This document shows, piece after piece, positions 1 to 9,126 of a stretch of DNA of 64,000 bases. The notes under the pieces were generated by a model. It had not been told where the DNA came from, ran no database searches, and was given only the letters and a program-made list of their open reading frames with translations. How positions within the stretch are numbered: the stretch's first letter is position 1; each line of letters starts with the position of its first letter. Source of the DNA: an uncultured Methanosarcinales archaeon (GTDB lineage Archaea > Nanobdellota > Nanobdellia > Woesearchaeales > ARS49); assembly GCA_964508495.1 (NCBI GenBank), contig CAZDUA010000003.1:8867-72866 (forward strand), read 5' to 3'. Both the position numbers and the translations under genes were made by a program.

Positions 1-2
1 AG

Positions 3-131
3 TATGTTGAGCTTCCTAATCATCCTTTTTTTGTTGCCACGCAGGCTCATAATGAGCTTACTTCAAGGCTTGAAGTTCCTAATCCTTTGTTCTTTGGTTT
101 TGTTCGTGCTTCTCTTGGACGCAAGATTTAA
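3..131 (+). CDS. 3' end (about 43 codons) of an upstream gene truncated by the window edge; product unknown
   Basis: Open frame 3 runs from the window edge to TAA at 129-131; peptide ...[16 protein letters not shown]. Confidence 0.2.
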   Translation, partial: YVELPNHPFFVATQAHNELTSRLEVPNPLFFGFVRASLGRKI

Positions 132-134
132 AAA
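127..134 (+). promoter_or_regulatory. TATA box (TTTAAAAA) for secF, leaderless
   Basis: AT-rich octamer 24 nt upstream of ATG at 158; same spacing recurs window-wide. Confidence 0.4.
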
Positions 135-157
135 GCGATGTATTGTGCGAAAGTTGT

Positions 158-1051
158 ATGGGGGCTAAGCAGTTTTTAGTTAACGCGTATGATGTTCATC
201 AGAAGAAGCTGATGGTATTTAGCTTCCTAGTTCTTATTGCTTGTATTATCTCGCTGGGCGTTGGTTACGCCAAAACTGGCGAATTGTTCCAGAAGGGTGT
301 TTCTTTGAAGGGCGGTATTACTTTAACCGTGCCTGTTGAGTCTTCTGTTGACATTCATTCTTTTGAAGAAGCGCTAAGCGGTAAGTATCCTTCAGCGGAT
401 ATTAGTGTTAGGGAGATTACTGAGGGCGGAACGGTTGCTGCTTTGATTGTTGAGGCTTCCGATATTTCTCCTGAAGACTTGAAAGCTTCCCTTCCAGAGT
501 TAGGCGTTCCTTTGGTTGATGGCGAGTATAGTATTGAGAGCATGGGCAGTTCTCTTGGCCAGCGTTTCTTCATTCAAACGATTAAAGCTGTTATTTTCGC
601 GTTCATTATGGTTTCAATTGTTATCTTTTTGACTTTCCGTGCTTTGTTGCCGAGTTTTTTCGTGGTTTTCTCCGCGGCTTCCGGCATTATATCAACTCTT
701 GCCGTGGTTAATTTGCTTGGCATGAAGTTGTCTGCGGCTGGTATTGCCGCTTTGCTTATGTTGATTGGTTATTCTGTTGATGCCAACATTTTGCTTACTA
801 CGAAGGTTTTGAAGCGTAAGTCAGAGGGTGGCACCATTATTCAGCGTACTGTTGGAGCCATGCGTACTGGTCTTACTATGACCTTGTGCGCTCTTGCTTC
901 TTCCATGATTGGTCTCGCGTTTATTCGTTCCGATGTTATCAGCCAGATTATGATTATTGTGTCTGTTGGCTTGGTGTTTGACCTCATTTATACTTGGTTC
1001 CAGAATGCTTGGATTTTGAGATGGTATATGGTGAAAAATGGCAGCTCTTAA
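158..1051 (+). CDS. secF: Protein-export membrane protein SecF
   Basis: Multi-TM protein with SecF-type C-terminal TM bundle (…GMKLSAAGIAALLMLIGYSVDANIL…); ORF track starts at TTG 143, first ATG is 158; stop overlaps secD start. Confidence 0.8.
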   Translation: MGAKQFLVNAYDVHQKKLMVFSFLVLIACIISLGVGYAKTGELFQKGVSLKGGITLTVPVESSVDIHSFEEALSGKYPSADISVREITEGGTVAALIVEASDISPEDLKASLPELGVPLVDGEYSIESMGSSLGQRFFIQTIKAVIFAFIMVSIVIFLTFRALLPSFFVVFSAASGIISTLAVVNLLGMKLSAAGIAALLMLIGYSVDANILLTTKVLKRKSEGGTIIQRTVGAMRTGLTMTLCALASSMIGLAFIRSDVISQIMIIVSVGLVFDLIYTWFQNAWILRWYMVKNGSS

Positions 1052-2762
1052 GCGCATTTTGTTGAATTTCCGTGTAATTATTCTGTTGTCTTGTTTAGTT
1101 CTGGGCTTTTTCGCAATTAATCCTAATCCTTGGAACTCGGGTGTTTCCATAAAGGCAATTTCTATGAACAGCAGCGCTGAGTTTGCTGGTTTTGAGAATC
1201 CTAAGGCCAACATTGCGCCGATGGGCCGCGAGCGTATTATTGCGATGAACAACAAGCCTATTGCTGGCGTAGAGGCTTATTTTGATTTTGTTGAGGGCTT
1301 GGAGCCTAATCAGACTGTTCAGGTTAAGACTAATAAGAATTCTTACAAGCTTACCGTCCTGCCAAAGCTGAGAACTATTGAGTTAAACGAAACTGAATTT
1401 GTTCTTATTAACGAGACCAGGGAAGTTAACGAAACAATTAACGATACTGTTGTTCTTGTGAATAAGACTTTTTCAAAAGAAGTCGAGCAGCCTAAGGTGA
1501 TAACCGAGGTTATCGGCATTGTGCCTTTGGGCTTTAGTGTTGGCCATGCTCCTAAGAGCAATTTGCGCCAGGGTCTTGACTTGGAGGGCGGTACCCGTGT
1601 CTTGCTCAAGCCTGCAGAAGAAGTTTCTCGTGATACTATCGGCCTTATGGTTGATTCTTTGAAGGAGCGTTTGAACGTTTATGGTCTTGGTGATGTTGTT
1701 GTTACTGAGGTTTCTGATGCTCCTGACTTGTTGGGCGGTGGCAATCGTTTCATTCTTGTTGAGATTGCCGGTGCGACTGAAGAGGAAGTTCGTGATTTGC
1801 TTGGAAAGCAGGGCAAGTTTGAGGCAAGGATTGGCAATGATACTGTTTTCAAGGGTGGTAGTGATATTACTTATGTTGCAAGGACTGCTCAGCAGTCTGG
1901 TATCGATCCTGAGAGGGGTTGTGGTCAGAGCGTTGATGGCTGGGGTTGTTCGTTCATTTTCTCCATTACTTTGAGTCCTGAGGCTGCTCAGCGTCAGGCT
2001 GATTTGACGCAGGTCTTGTCTGTTGTTGGTGGCAGTCTGTCTCAGCCTTTAGTTTTGTACTTGGATGACGTGGAAGTTGACAGGTTGAATATTGCTGCTG
2101 ACTTGCGTGGTCGTAAGACAACTGAGATTGCGATTACTGGTGGAGGCTCTGGTCCTACCGAACAGGGTGCTATCGATAATGCTTTGAAGAATATGAAGCG
2201 TTTGCAGACAATTCTTATCAGCGGCTCATTGCCAGTCAAATTAGACATTGTCCGTATTGATGCAATTTCCCCAACTCTTGGTAAGGAGTTCTTGAAAAAC
2301 TCTGCTTATGTTTTGTTGTTGGCTATCGTCGTTGTTGCTGTTATTTTGATGGCTATTTACAGAAGAGTGATCATTGCCATTCCTATCGTGTTTACTGCTT
2401 TGTCTGAGATTTTCCTGACGCTTGCAATGGCTGCCTTGATTGGCTGGAATATTGATTTGGCCGCTCTTGCCGGTATTATTCTCGCTGTTGGCGTGGGCGT
2501 TAATGACCAAATCGTTATTACTGATGAGGCTATGCGCGGCGGGTCTGATGTTGCTTATAACTGGAAGGACCGTATCAAGCGTGCTTTCAGCATCATATTG
2601 AGCGCGTATTTGACTATTGTTGTTGCTATGATTCCTTTGTTGTTTGCAGGCGCAGGCCTTCTCAAAGGCTTCGCAATTACGACCATTTTGGCAGTTACTA
2701 TTGGTATTTTGGTTACTCGTCCTGCTTATGCTGCTATTGTGAACTTGCTTATTGAAAAGTAA
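1038..2762 (+). CDS. secD: Protein-export membrane protein SecD
   Basis: 574 aa; N-terminal TM, large extracytoplasmic domain, C-terminal six-TM domain with …AVGVGVNDQIVITDEAMRGG…; archaeal secF-secD order. Confidence 0.85.
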   Translation: MAALKRILLNFRVIILLSCLVLGFFAINPNPWNSGVSIKAISMNSSAEFAGFENPKANIAPMGRERIIAMNNKPIAGVEAYFDFVEGLEPNQTVQVKTNKNSYKLTVLPKLRTIELNETEFVLINETREVNETINDTVVLVNKTFSKEVEQPKVITEVIGIVPLGFSVGHAPKSNLRQGLDLEGGTRVLLKPAEEVSRDTIGLMVDSLKERLNVYGLGDVVVTEVSDAPDLLGGGNRFILVEIAGATEEEVRDLLGKQGKFEARIGNDTVFKGGSDITYVARTAQQSGIDPERGCGQSVDGWGCSFIFSITLSPEAAQRQADLTQVLSVVGGSLSQPLVLYLDDVEVDRLNIAADLRGRKTTEIAITGGGSGPTEQGAIDNALKNMKRLQTILISGSLPVKLDIVRIDAISPTLGKEFLKNSAYVLLLAIVVVAVILMAIYRRVIIAIPIVFTALSEIFLTLAMAALIGWNIDLAALAGIILAVGVGVNDQIVITDEAMRGGSDVAYNWKDRIKRAFSIILSAYLTIVVAMIPLLFAGAGLLKGFAITTILAVTIGILVTRPAYAAIVNLLIEK

Positions 2763-2766
2763 AACA

Positions 2767-2774
2767 TTTATAAC
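2767..2774 (+). promoter_or_regulatory. TATA box (TTTATAAC) for the NFACT gene
   Basis: 23 nt upstream of ATG 2797. Confidence 0.35.
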
Positions 2775-2796
2775 TTCTTGATTGTTTTTTTGCTTT

Positions 2797-3804
2797 ATGA
2801 AAGCCGATCTTAACTTTTTGGAACTGCACTTCTTGGTTGAAGAGCTTCAGTCTTTGGTAGGCTGTCGTGTTGACAAGGTTTACGAGCCTGATGGTCTTTT
2901 GTTCCAATTGCACAAGTCTAATTCTGGGAAGGTTTTTCTTATAGTAACTGACAAGATGATGTGGCTTGCTAAGGATAAGCCTGTTGCTCCTGAGAGTGTT
3001 TCTGGTATTTGTTCTGCTCTGCGTAAGTATCTGAAAGGCAAGAAACTCACTGTGTTGGAACAGCTTGGTAGTGAGCGTATTGCGCGGTTTACTTTTCAGA
3101 CTCAGAAGGAGACTTATTATCTTTATGTTGAGTTTTTCTCTAATGGAAACGTAATTCTCACTAATGATGTGCTGAAGATTCTTTTTGCTCGGGAGGAGCG
3201 TGCTTGGAAGGACCGTGAAATTAAGCGCGGTTTGATTTATGAATTGCCTCCTGCAAAGCAGGACGTGTTTTCATTGAAGGAAGTTCCTGCTGATGAGAAA
3301 TCTCTCGCCGCTCTTGGTTTTGGCAAATTGCTTGCAAAAGAGATTGTTGCGAGAAAGGGCGATTTTAAGTCTTTATTCAAGGAGAAGCTCAGTCCGAGAT
3401 TTTATTCTGATGGCGAGTTGAGTCCTATAAAGCTCATTCAATACGAGGAGTCTGGCGAACCCTTCCCATCATTTTCAGAACTTATTAATGAAAAACTGCC
3501 TCGTGTTCCTGAACAGCCTCGTGTTAGCAAGGCTTTTGAGGCGAAAAAGGCCAAGCTTCAGGACGTTATTGACATGCAGTCTAAGAACATTGAAAGGATG
3601 GAAAAGGACGCGTTAGAGTTCCAGCGTAAGGGCGAATTAGTTTACGAGCATTACCAAGAGCTTAAGGACATTCTTGAAGAACTCAATAAGGCAAAGGCTA
3701 AGTTTTCTTTGCAGGAAGTCAGGGCAAGGCTGATAGGCCATGCGAAAATAAAAGATTTGAATCCTAGGACGAGCGATGTTCTTATTGAATTAGAAGAAAA
3801 ATAA
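2797..3804 (+). CDS. NFACT-N domain protein (Rqc2/NEMF/FbpA-like), truncated form: NFACT-N + HhH + coiled coil
   Basis: N-terminus MKADLNFLELHFLVEELQSLVGCRVDKVYEPDGLLFQLHK matches the NFACT-N (FbpA) signature; central LAALGFGKLLAKEIVARKG is HhH-like; K/E-rich coiled-coil C-terminus; only about 335 aa, so the NFACT-R domain appears absent. Confidence 0.55.
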   Translation: MKADLNFLELHFLVEELQSLVGCRVDKVYEPDGLLFQLHKSNSGKVFLIVTDKMMWLAKDKPVAPESVSGICSALRKYLKGKKLTVLEQLGSERIARFTFQTQKETYYLYVEFFSNGNVILTNDVLKILFAREERAWKDREIKRGLIYELPPAKQDVFSLKEVPADEKSLAALGFGKLLAKEIVARKGDFKSLFKEKLSPRFYSDGELSPIKLIQYEESGEPFPSFSELINEKLPRVPEQPRVSKAFEAKKAKLQDVIDMQSKNIERMEKDALEFQRKGELVYEHYQELKDILEELNKAKAKFSLQEVRARLIGHAKIKDLNPRTSDVLIELEEK

Positions 3805-3805
3805 G

Positions 3806-3935
3806 GTGGACAGCTTAACTGTTTTCCCTCGGAATGAAGTACACGCAGTTACGGAGGCCGGTTTAACTTCCGGGTTCGAATGAGACCGGGTGGAACCCAA
3901 CCCCTGTGGCCGTCCAGTATTGACGACAAAGGGAG
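3806..3935 (+). ncRNA. Possible structured ncRNA (unidentified) in a GC-rich intergenic island
   Basis: About 55-60% GC against a roughly 40% background; contains a GGTTCGAAT T-loop-like motif and three CCGG palindromes; no clean tRNA cloverleaf; strand unknown. Confidence 0.15.
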
Positions 3936-3938
3936 GTA

Positions 3939-3946
3939 TTTATAAA
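3939..3946 (+). promoter_or_regulatory. TATA box (TTTATAAA) for the epimerase gene
   Basis: 23 nt upstream of ATG 3969. Confidence 0.4.
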
Positions 3947-3968
3947 CCTTTCTTATTTTCTGGCTAGT

Positions 3969-4886
3969 ATGTCCAGAGTGCTTGTTACCGGCGGTGCAGG
4001 TTTTATTGGCAGTCATTTGGTTGACGCTCTTGTTCTTGCAAAGCATGATGTGACTGTTTTGGACAATCTTTCCAGCGGTAAGCAGGCCAATCTTTCTGAT
4101 GTTAAGGACAAAGTCACTTTTATTAAGGGTGATATTTGCAATGATTCAATTCTAAAAAAGGCTGTTGCTAGGCAGGATGTCGTTTTTCATCTTGCTGCTA
4201 TTGCTAGTGTTCCTTATTCTATTCAGCACCCGTTGGAAACTCATGAGGTTAATACGACGGGCACTTTGAAAGTTCTTCTTGCCGCGAGAGATGCGAAAGT
4301 TAAGCGTTTTATTTATTCCAGCAGTGCTGCTGTTTATGGTGACGAGCCCAGTTTGCCGAAGAAAGAATCAAGTCCTTTGAAGCCTCAGACTCCGTATGCT
4401 TTGAACAAGCTTGTTGGCGAACAATATACTTTGATGTTTTACAAGTTGTATGGTATTGAGACTGTTGCTTTGCGTTATTTTAACGTGTTTGGTCCTAGGC
4501 AGGACCCGTCATCTCCATACTCGGGTGTTATCACAAAGTTTGTTTCAACCTTAAACTCAGGAAAGTCTCCTATGATCTTCGGTGATGGGATGCAGACTCG
4601 TGATTTTGTTTTTGTTTCTGATGTGGTCCAGGCAAACCTTAAGGCTATGACTGCTAATGTTGCTGGAAGAGTTTTTAACATTGCTACTGGCGTTCAAGTG
4701 TCTATTAATGAAATGCTTGCTCATTTGAACGAAATATTGGGCACTAAGATTTCCGCTAAGCACGAGGCTCGCCAAGCGGGTGATATTTTGCATAGTGTTG
4801 CTGATATTTCTGAGGCTAAGAAGTCTTTGCATTTCCATCCCGAGGTTCCTTTCCACGAGGGTCTTGAGCTTACAGTCAAAGCATAA
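3969..4886 (+). CDS. NAD-dependent epimerase/dehydratase (UDP-glucose 4-epimerase-like)
   Basis: MSRVLVTGGAGFIGSHLVDAL Rossmann motif, YxxxK region, 305 aa. Confidence 0.9.
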   Translation: MSRVLVTGGAGFIGSHLVDALVLAKHDVTVLDNLSSGKQANLSDVKDKVTFIKGDICNDSILKKAVARQDVVFHLAAIASVPYSIQHPLETHEVNTTGTLKVLLAARDAKVKRFIYSSSAAVYGDEPSLPKKESSPLKPQTPYALNKLVGEQYTLMFYKLYGIETVALRYFNVFGPRQDPSSPYSGVITKFVSTLNSGKSPMIFGDGMQTRDFVFVSDVVQANLKAMTANVAGRVFNIATGVQVSINEMLAHLNEILGTKISAKHEARQAGDILHSVADISEAKKSLHFHPEVPFHEGLELTVKA

Positions 4887-4918
4887 TCTATTTATACCGG
4901 TGTTTTGGACTTTTAACC

Positions 4919-6082
4919 ATGCGCTTATACGAGCACGAAGCTAAGAGTTTGCTGAAAAAGCATGATGTTGTTGTGCCTGATGGCGTGCTTGTTTCTGAAA
5001 AGTCTTCTCCAAACGCTCCGTGTGTTGTTAAGGCTCAGTTGTTGTTTGGAAAGCGTGCTGATTTTGGCGGGATAGTGATCTGCAAGACTAAGGATGAAGC
5101 TAAATCTGCAGTTTCTAAACTTCTTGGCGCTTCTTTTAAGGGTGAGACTGTCAAGAGTGTTCTTGTTGAAAGTTTTGTTGATATGAAGAAGCAGTTTTAT
5201 GTTGGCTTTTTGTTTGATACTGATTCTCGCAGCCCTGTTTTGTTGTTTAGTTCTCAGGGTGGCACTGGTATTGAGGAGCAGACTGACGTTCACAAGCTCG
5301 TAATTAATGAAATCAGTGGTTTAAATGATGCAGAATTGAAATCTTTTTTGAAAAAAGCTAAGGCTGACGAGTCTTTAGGTCCTGTTCTTCATTCATTGTG
5401 GAAGGTTTTTGTTTCAGAAGATTGTAAATTATTGGAAATCAACCCTCTCGCGCAAACTTCAAATGGCTTTGTCTGTCTTGATGCTCATGTTGAGCTTGAT
5501 GATTTTGCTCTTGGCCGTCATAAAGATTTTGCATATCCTGAACGTCCTGCTAATCTTGGTCGTGCTATGACTGAGCGTGAGAAGGCTGTTAAGGCTGCTA
5601 ATGATAAGGACTATCATGGTACTGTAAAATATATTGAACTGGATGGCAATATTGCTTTTCTTGCTGCTGGTGGCGGTGGTAGTTTGACTTGTATGGACGC
5701 GTTGATAGATGCTGGTGGCAGTCCCGCTAATTACACAGAGTTCAGCGGTGATCCTAATGATGAAAAAATGTACATTCTTACAAAGCAGGCAATTACAAAG
5801 CCCGGAATCAAAGGTTGTTGGATTGTTGGTGCTATCGCGAACTTTTCTAGAATGGATACTATGATGTCTGGCATTGTGCGCGCTTTTGAGGAAGTTATGC
5901 CTAAATTTCCTATTGTTGTTCGTCGTTCTGGTCCTTATGAGAAAGAGGGTTTTGCTATCTTGAAGGACGCTGCCAAAAAGCATGGTTGGGATGTTGAAGT
6001 TCATGGCGCTGAGACTCCTTTGACTGCTACTGCTAAGATTATGGTTGAGAAAGTGAGGAAGTATGGGAATATTGCTAGATAA
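4919..6082 (+). CDS. Succinyl-CoA synthetase beta-like ATP-grasp subunit (candidate citryl-CoA synthetase / ATP-citrate lyase beta subunit)
   Basis: 387 aa; N-terminal ATP-grasp MRLYEHEAKSLLKKHDVVVP…; C-terminal CoA-ligase domain; stop overlaps start of the next gene. Confidence 0.8.
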   Translation: MRLYEHEAKSLLKKHDVVVPDGVLVSEKSSPNAPCVVKAQLLFGKRADFGGIVICKTKDEAKSAVSKLLGASFKGETVKSVLVESFVDMKKQFYVGFLFDTDSRSPVLLFSSQGGTGIEEQTDVHKLVINEISGLNDAELKSFLKKAKADESLGPVLHSLWKVFVSEDCKLLEINPLAQTSNGFVCLDAHVELDDFALGRHKDFAYPERPANLGRAMTEREKAVKAANDKDYHGTVKYIELDGNIAFLAAGGGGSLTCMDALIDAGGSPANYTEFSGDPNDEKMYILTKQAITKPGIKGCWIVGAIANFSRMDTMMSGIVRAFEEVMPKFPIVVRRSGPYEKEGFAILKDAAKKHGWDVEVHGAETPLTATAKIMVEKVRKYGNIAR

Positions 6083-6959
6083 TGATGCAAAAATAGTCAT
6101 CCAGGGTATTACGGGTAGCACTGGCCAGATGTCTGCGGAGCTCATGCTGAAATATAATACTAAAGTTCTTGCTGGCGTGACTCCTGGCAAGGGTGGCCAG
6201 CAAGTGCATGGCGTTCCTGTTTACAATTCTGTTAAGGAGGCTCGTGCTGTTCATGACCTTAATGCTTCTTTTATTGTTGTTCCTCCGTTATTCGCCAAGA
6301 GCGCAGTTTTGGAAGCTTTGGACAACGATATCAAGCTAGTTCTAGTCTTCACAGAAAATGTTCCTCTGCATGATTCTGCTGCTATGATTGCAAAAGCGAG
6401 GGAGAAAAAAGCAGTGCTTATTGGTCCCGCTAGCGTTGGCATGATTAGTCCTGGCATTGGTCGTATTGGTCCTATTGGCGGCTTGCCTGACATGGTTGAT
6501 AAGGTTTACAAGAAAGGGAGCATTGGAATCATTTCTAAGAGTGGTGGCATGACTAATGAGACTGCGTGGGTTATCAGGCAGGCCGGTCTTGGTCAGAGTA
6601 CTGTTATCGGCATGGGTGGCGAGTTGCTTGTTGGCGCTACTTATGCTGATTTGTTGAGATTGTTTGAAAAAGATCCTGAGACCAAGGCGGTTGTTGTTTT
6701 TGGCGAGCTTGGTGGTACTTATGAGGATCAGATTGCGGAAGTATTAAAAAATAAGGAATTTACAAAACCAATTGCGGTGTTTATTGGTGGTAAGTTCGCT
6801 GAGAAAATGCCGAGTGGCATTCAGTTTGGCCATGCTGGTGCTATTATCGAGCGTGGCAAGGGCAAGCCGTCTGAGAAGATTGATAAGTTGCGCAGGGCCG
6901 GTGCTTTGATTGCGGCTTATCATCATGAGATTGGCCAGGTTATCAGGGATGCGTTATGA
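6063..6959 (+). CDS. Succinyl-CoA synthetase alpha-like CoA-binding subunit (candidate citryl-CoA synthetase / ACL alpha N-terminal part)
   Basis: 298 aa; CoA-binding N-terminus IVIQGITGSTGQ; phospho-His loop GHAGAII; ATGA overlap with the downstream citrate-synthase-like gene. Confidence 0.8.
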   Translation: MGILLDNDAKIVIQGITGSTGQMSAELMLKYNTKVLAGVTPGKGGQQVHGVPVYNSVKEARAVHDLNASFIVVPPLFAKSAVLEALDNDIKLVLVFTENVPLHDSAAMIAKAREKKAVLIGPASVGMISPGIGRIGPIGGLPDMVDKVYKKGSIGIISKSGGMTNETAWVIRQAGLGQSTVIGMGGELLVGATYADLLRLFEKDPETKAVVVFGELGGTYEDQIAEVLKNKEFTKPIAVFIGGKFAEKMPSGIQFGHAGAIIERGKGKPSEKIDKLRRAGALIAAYHHEIGQVIRDAL

Positions 6960-7693
6960 AATGGAATACTAAAATTTCAAAAGTTACTGAGAAGGGTGCT
7001 GTTGTTAGAGGCTATGATGTTTCTGCGTTAATAGGAAAAATAACTTTTACTGACATGATTTGTTTGTTGTTGAAGGGCGAGTTGCCTAAAAAGGGCGAGC
7101 GCGAATTGTTGGACGCTATTTTTGTGAGTGCTGCTGAGCATGGTATTCAAGTGCCTTCTGTTACTGCTTCGCGTATTGTTCAAAGTGCTGGCAACTCTAT
7201 CAACACTTCTGTCGCTGCTGGCGTATTAGCTATTGGCGATCATCATGGCGGTGCTGTTGAGCAGGCTGCAAGGCTTTTCCAGGAGAATGTTTCTAAACCT
7301 GCTTCTGGTGTTGTTGCTGAGCGTCTTGCTCGTAAGGAGCGTCTTGGTGGTTTTGGTCACAAGCATTATGATCAGGACCCTCGTGTTGTTCCTTTGTTCG
7401 CTCTTGCTGTAAAGCACAAGCTTGCTGGAAAGCATATCGCGTTTGCTAAAGAAGTTGATAAGGAGTTGTGCGCTCAATCTAAAAAAGTCCTTCATTTGAA
7501 CATTGATGGCGCTATTGCGGCCATTATCAGCGACCTCGGCTTTCCTTGGTTGTCTGCTCGTGCTTTTTTCATTATCCCAAGGACTGCTGGAATCGCAGCT
7601 CACGTGGTTGAAGAGCGTATGTCTGGCGAAGTATATCGTCGTGAAGATGACAGTAACGTAACTTATTCTGGTCCTGCTGAAAGAAAGCTTTAA
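6956..7693 (+). CDS. Citrate synthase-family small-domain protein (citryl-CoA lyase / ACL C-terminal domain-like)
   Basis: 245 aa; citrate synthase catalytic signatures GDHHGGAVE and GFGHKHYDQDPR; translationally coupled to the alpha-like subunit. Confidence 0.75.
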   Translation: MKWNTKISKVTEKGAVVRGYDVSALIGKITFTDMICLLLKGELPKKGERELLDAIFVSAAEHGIQVPSVTASRIVQSAGNSINTSVAAGVLAIGDHHGGAVEQAARLFQENVSKPASGVVAERLARKERLGGFGHKHYDQDPRVVPLFALAVKHKLAGKHIAFAKEVDKELCAQSKKVLHLNIDGAIAAIISDLGFPWLSARAFFIIPRTAGIAAHVVEERMSGEVYRREDDSNVTYSGPAERKL

Positions 7694-7696
7694 ATT

Positions 7697-9040
7697 GTGC
7701 TTTCATTGTCTTCTTTTATGCTTCCTGCGTGTGTGAAAACTGAGGTGTGGCGCGAGCTTGTAGAGTCTTTGTCTGCTAAGCTGAAAGCGCCTGTAATTTG
7801 CGGTCCTGCTGTTTTCGGCAAGCTTTCTTTTTTCCAGGAATTAAGAAACAGGCGTACTGACGACCCTTATGCTGACGTTCCTGGCATTAAGTATGCTGTT
7901 GTTGATGTCGATGGCTGTAAGGTTTTTGTCGGCCCTTTTAGGACTGATGAGGCGCATTCTTTTGATGAGGAGCTTGCTGATTCTAGGCAGAAGCTTCCTG
8001 CTTGGAAGGAATATTATCCTGAGCTTATTGAAACTTCTATTAAGGGCGCTGCAACTGCTGGCCGTTCTGCTTTCATTGTTAATGAATCTTTGAATCGTGC
8101 TAAATTATTGTTGGAGTTCTCTCAGGTTGTTGGTCATTCTCAGGACGCTGATAATGCGTTGTATGCTGCTATTGAATTTCTTGCCAGAAAGTTTAAGCTG
8201 AATAACGTTTTTGTTTCTGCTTTTGGCAAGCACGCGCGTCATTTTGACTTGTCCGAGGCGGGCAGGGCTGTTGAACAGCGTATTGTTGCTCAGGTTAAGG
8301 GCAACAAGTCTATTTTTACTATTAATGATGTCCAGTCTGACTTTTTGCTTGATGGTATTAAGGGCAGGGAGAGTTTGCATAAGTGTGTTGTTGGTTTTCC
8401 TTTGACTGTTAATCGCGAGCTTGTTGGTTATTCTGTTGTTTATTCTGAGCTTGTTCCGTCTATTGACAGCATTGCTGAAGTTTTGTACGAGCTTTCCCGC
8501 GTGCTTTCTCGTCTTTCTCATTATGAGAAGGTGCAGGAATCAGCTGTTACTGATGCACTGACTGGTCTTAGTAATCGTGCTGAGCTTGTTAAGAATGTTG
8601 ATGAGATGATTTCAAGGCTTTCCAAGCAGAATCTTCCTATTAGTGTTATGATGATTGATGTTGATAATTTCAAGAATTTTAATGATACCAAGGGTCATCC
8701 CGAGGGCGACCGTATTTTGCGCGCTATTGGAGAGATTATCAAATCCTTGACGCCTAAGGATGGTATTTGCTGCCGTTATGGCGGTGAGGAGTTCATGATT
8801 GTTCTGCCTGTTGCACAGCAAATTGCTAAGGACTTGGCCGAGCAGGTTCGTGTTGATGTTGAGAAGAATTGTACGCTGACCGTCAGCATTGGCTTGATGT
8901 CTTGTATGAATAGTTCTGCTTCAAGGGATACTCTGATAAGAGAGGCTGACCGTGCTTTGTACAGGGCAAAGCATTTAGGTAAGAATAAGGTTGTAGCATA
9001 TTTCATGGTTGACAGGACGCTGGGTGTTATTGATGCGTAG
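7697..9040 (+). CDS. GGDEF-domain diguanylate cyclase with an uncharacterised roughly 270-aa N-terminal sensor-like domain
   Basis: C-terminal GGDEF domain with intact RYGGEEF active site, upstream DVDNFKNFND metal site and RALYRAK; GTG start 7697, first ATG 7718. Confidence 0.85.
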   Translation: MLSLSSFMLPACVKTEVWRELVESLSAKLKAPVICGPAVFGKLSFFQELRNRRTDDPYADVPGIKYAVVDVDGCKVFVGPFRTDEAHSFDEELADSRQKLPAWKEYYPELIETSIKGAATAGRSAFIVNESLNRAKLLLEFSQVVGHSQDADNALYAAIEFLARKFKLNNVFVSAFGKHARHFDLSEAGRAVEQRIVAQVKGNKSIFTINDVQSDFLLDGIKGRESLHKCVVGFPLTVNRELVGYSVVYSELVPSIDSIAEVLYELSRVLSRLSHYEKVQESAVTDALTGLSNRAELVKNVDEMISRLSKQNLPISVMMIDVDNFKNFNDTKGHPEGDRILRAIGEIIKSLTPKDGICCRYGGEEFMIVLPVAQQIAKDLAEQVRVDVEKNCTLTVSIGLMSCMNSSASRDTLIREADRALYRAKHLGKNKVVAYFMVDRTLGVIDA

Positions 9041-9080
9041 AAAATCTCGTATGAAAATTATTTTTCGTGGAGATTTTCTA
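9038..9080 (+). terminator. 11-bp perfect inverted repeat (stem-loop) overlapping the GGDEF stop codon, with a T-run in the loop
   Basis: TAGAAAATCTC (9038-9048) pairs with GAGATTTTCTA (9070-9080); 21-nt loop contains TTTTTCGTG. Confidence 0.25.
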
Positions 9081-9126
9081 GGCCCAAGAACCGCATATTA
9101 TATTAAATCTGAGGAGGCGGTTCTTG

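Noticed and set aside
3860-3895. tRNA gene suggested by GGTTCGAAT
   Set aside because: No 7-bp acceptor pairing, D-arm or 5-bp T-stem can be built around it on either strand; kept only as a possible ncRNA.
7226-7603. 125-aa minus-strand ORF
   Set aside because: Antisense within the citrate-synthase-like gene; no support.
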